DNA of 64,000 nucleotides from Cyclobacteriaceae bacterium (GTDB lineage Bacteria; Bacteroidota; Bacteroidia; Cytophagales; Cyclobacteriaceae): NCBI GenBank assembly GCA_965217275.1, contig OZ244400.1, positions 4,931,129 to 4,995,128 of the forward strand, read 5' to 3'. Shown piece by piece: positions 63,435 to 64,000 of this stretch (position 1 is its first letter; each line of letters starts with the position of its first letter). The notes under the pieces were generated by a model. It saw only the letters and a program-made list of their open reading frames with translations, ran no database searches and was not told where the DNA came from. The position numbers and the translations under genes were made by a program.

Positions 63435-64000
63435 ATGAGCGAACATTTTAGCTACAAACACGACGACCTATTTAATCCTACGCTAAAAGCTTTAAAGGTC
63501 CTGGGGGGATCGGGAGCTATTAGCGAAATTGAAGACGAAGTATCGAAGATCTTGAACCTGACTGAAGATGAGATCAATGAAATTCATAAAGAAAGTACGA
63601 CAAAACTGGCTTACAGACTTGCATGGGCACGAAGTTACCTCAAGCAGTATGGTTTGATAGAAAACTCATCGAGAGGTATCTGGACTTTAACAGAAGACGG
63701 ACAGAAGACCGAACAAGTTGATCAGAAAAGAGTCGTGAAAACTGTCTTGAAAAAGAACAGAGAGGAACGAAACGCAAAACAGTCGAAAGTAGAAAATGGG
63801 TTAGAACTACAGAACCTAACCGAAGAAATCGAAGAATTTGAGTGGCAGGATAAACTAATTGAGACTATAAGAAATATCCATCCCGACCAGTTTGAAAGAC
63901 TATGTCAAAGGCTTTTGAGAGAGCTAGGATTTGTAAATGTAGAGGTTACGGGACGAACTAACGACGGCGGAATTGATGGAAAGGGAATAGTAAAAGTCGG
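63435..64000 (+). CDS. mrr: Mrr-family restriction endonuclease (partial, runs off the window)
   Basis: Not in the ORF track because it has no stop. Mrr_N winged helix (FNPTLKALKVLGGSGAISEIEDEV..YRLAWARSYLKQYGLIENSSRGIWTLTEDG), then the start of the catalytic domain (FERLCQRLLRELGF..TGRTNDGGIDGKG). Confidence 0.85.
   Translation, partial: MSEHFSYKHDDLFNPTLKALKVLGGSGAISEIEDEVSKILNLTEDEINEIHKESTTKLAYRLAWARSYLKQYGLIENSSRGIWTLTEDGQKTEQVDQKRVVKTVLKKNREERNAKQSKVENGLELQNLTEEIEEFEWQDKLIETIRNIHPDQFERLCQRLLRELGFVNVEVTGRTNDGGIDGKGIVKV

Overview
GC-rich Bacteroidota-type chromosome segment. A SusC/SusD pair, ECF-sigma/FecR, a T9SS C-terminal sorting domain and an HU-like/DUF4469-type protein suggest a Cytophagales-like organism. 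Housekeeping and metabolic blocks: recQ; an ABC/HlyD/TolC exporter; lpxH, ftsH, rsfS, birA, ahcY; a sugar ABC transporter plus oxidoreductase/isomerase genes; a sigma/anti-sigma/SusCD unit; a carbamoyltransferase cluster; ROK and SIS genes. These blocks are interrupted by accessory and defence-type segments. (1) 1-5.7 kb: a rearranged RHS/YD polymorphic-toxin locus with an orphan HExxH toxin plus candidate immunity cassette, and a core fragment carrying one in-frame TGA. (2) 19.6-22.7 kb: an AT-richer islet with a lone ABC-ATPase fused to a TOPRIM/DUF4435-like domain, next to a decayed duplicate of the 3' end of the neighbouring ABC ATPase gene. (3) 25.4-35.6 kb: an MNT/HepT pair, a five-gene type I R-M operon (hsdM, hsdS, GxxExxY, hsdR, DUF45) and an HU-like gene, apparently inserted into a sugar-utilisation operon. 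(4) 48-52 kb: a PD-(D/E)XK (AAA-ATPase-like) gene plus an Rpn-family nuclease gene. (5) A partial mrr gene at the right edge. The intergenic DNA holds several families of short palindromic or tandem repeats, including a perfect (GGTCACT)x24 heptamer array. No rRNA, tRNA or CRISPR array was found. I could not identify any single locus as the undescribed system. The best candidates are the lone ATPase-TOPRIM-like gene, the accessory genes inside the R-M operon, the nuclease pair, and the SGNH/SxtJ/DUF5989/carbamoyltransferase module. All family assignments come from motif recognition by eye and need HMM or structure searches.
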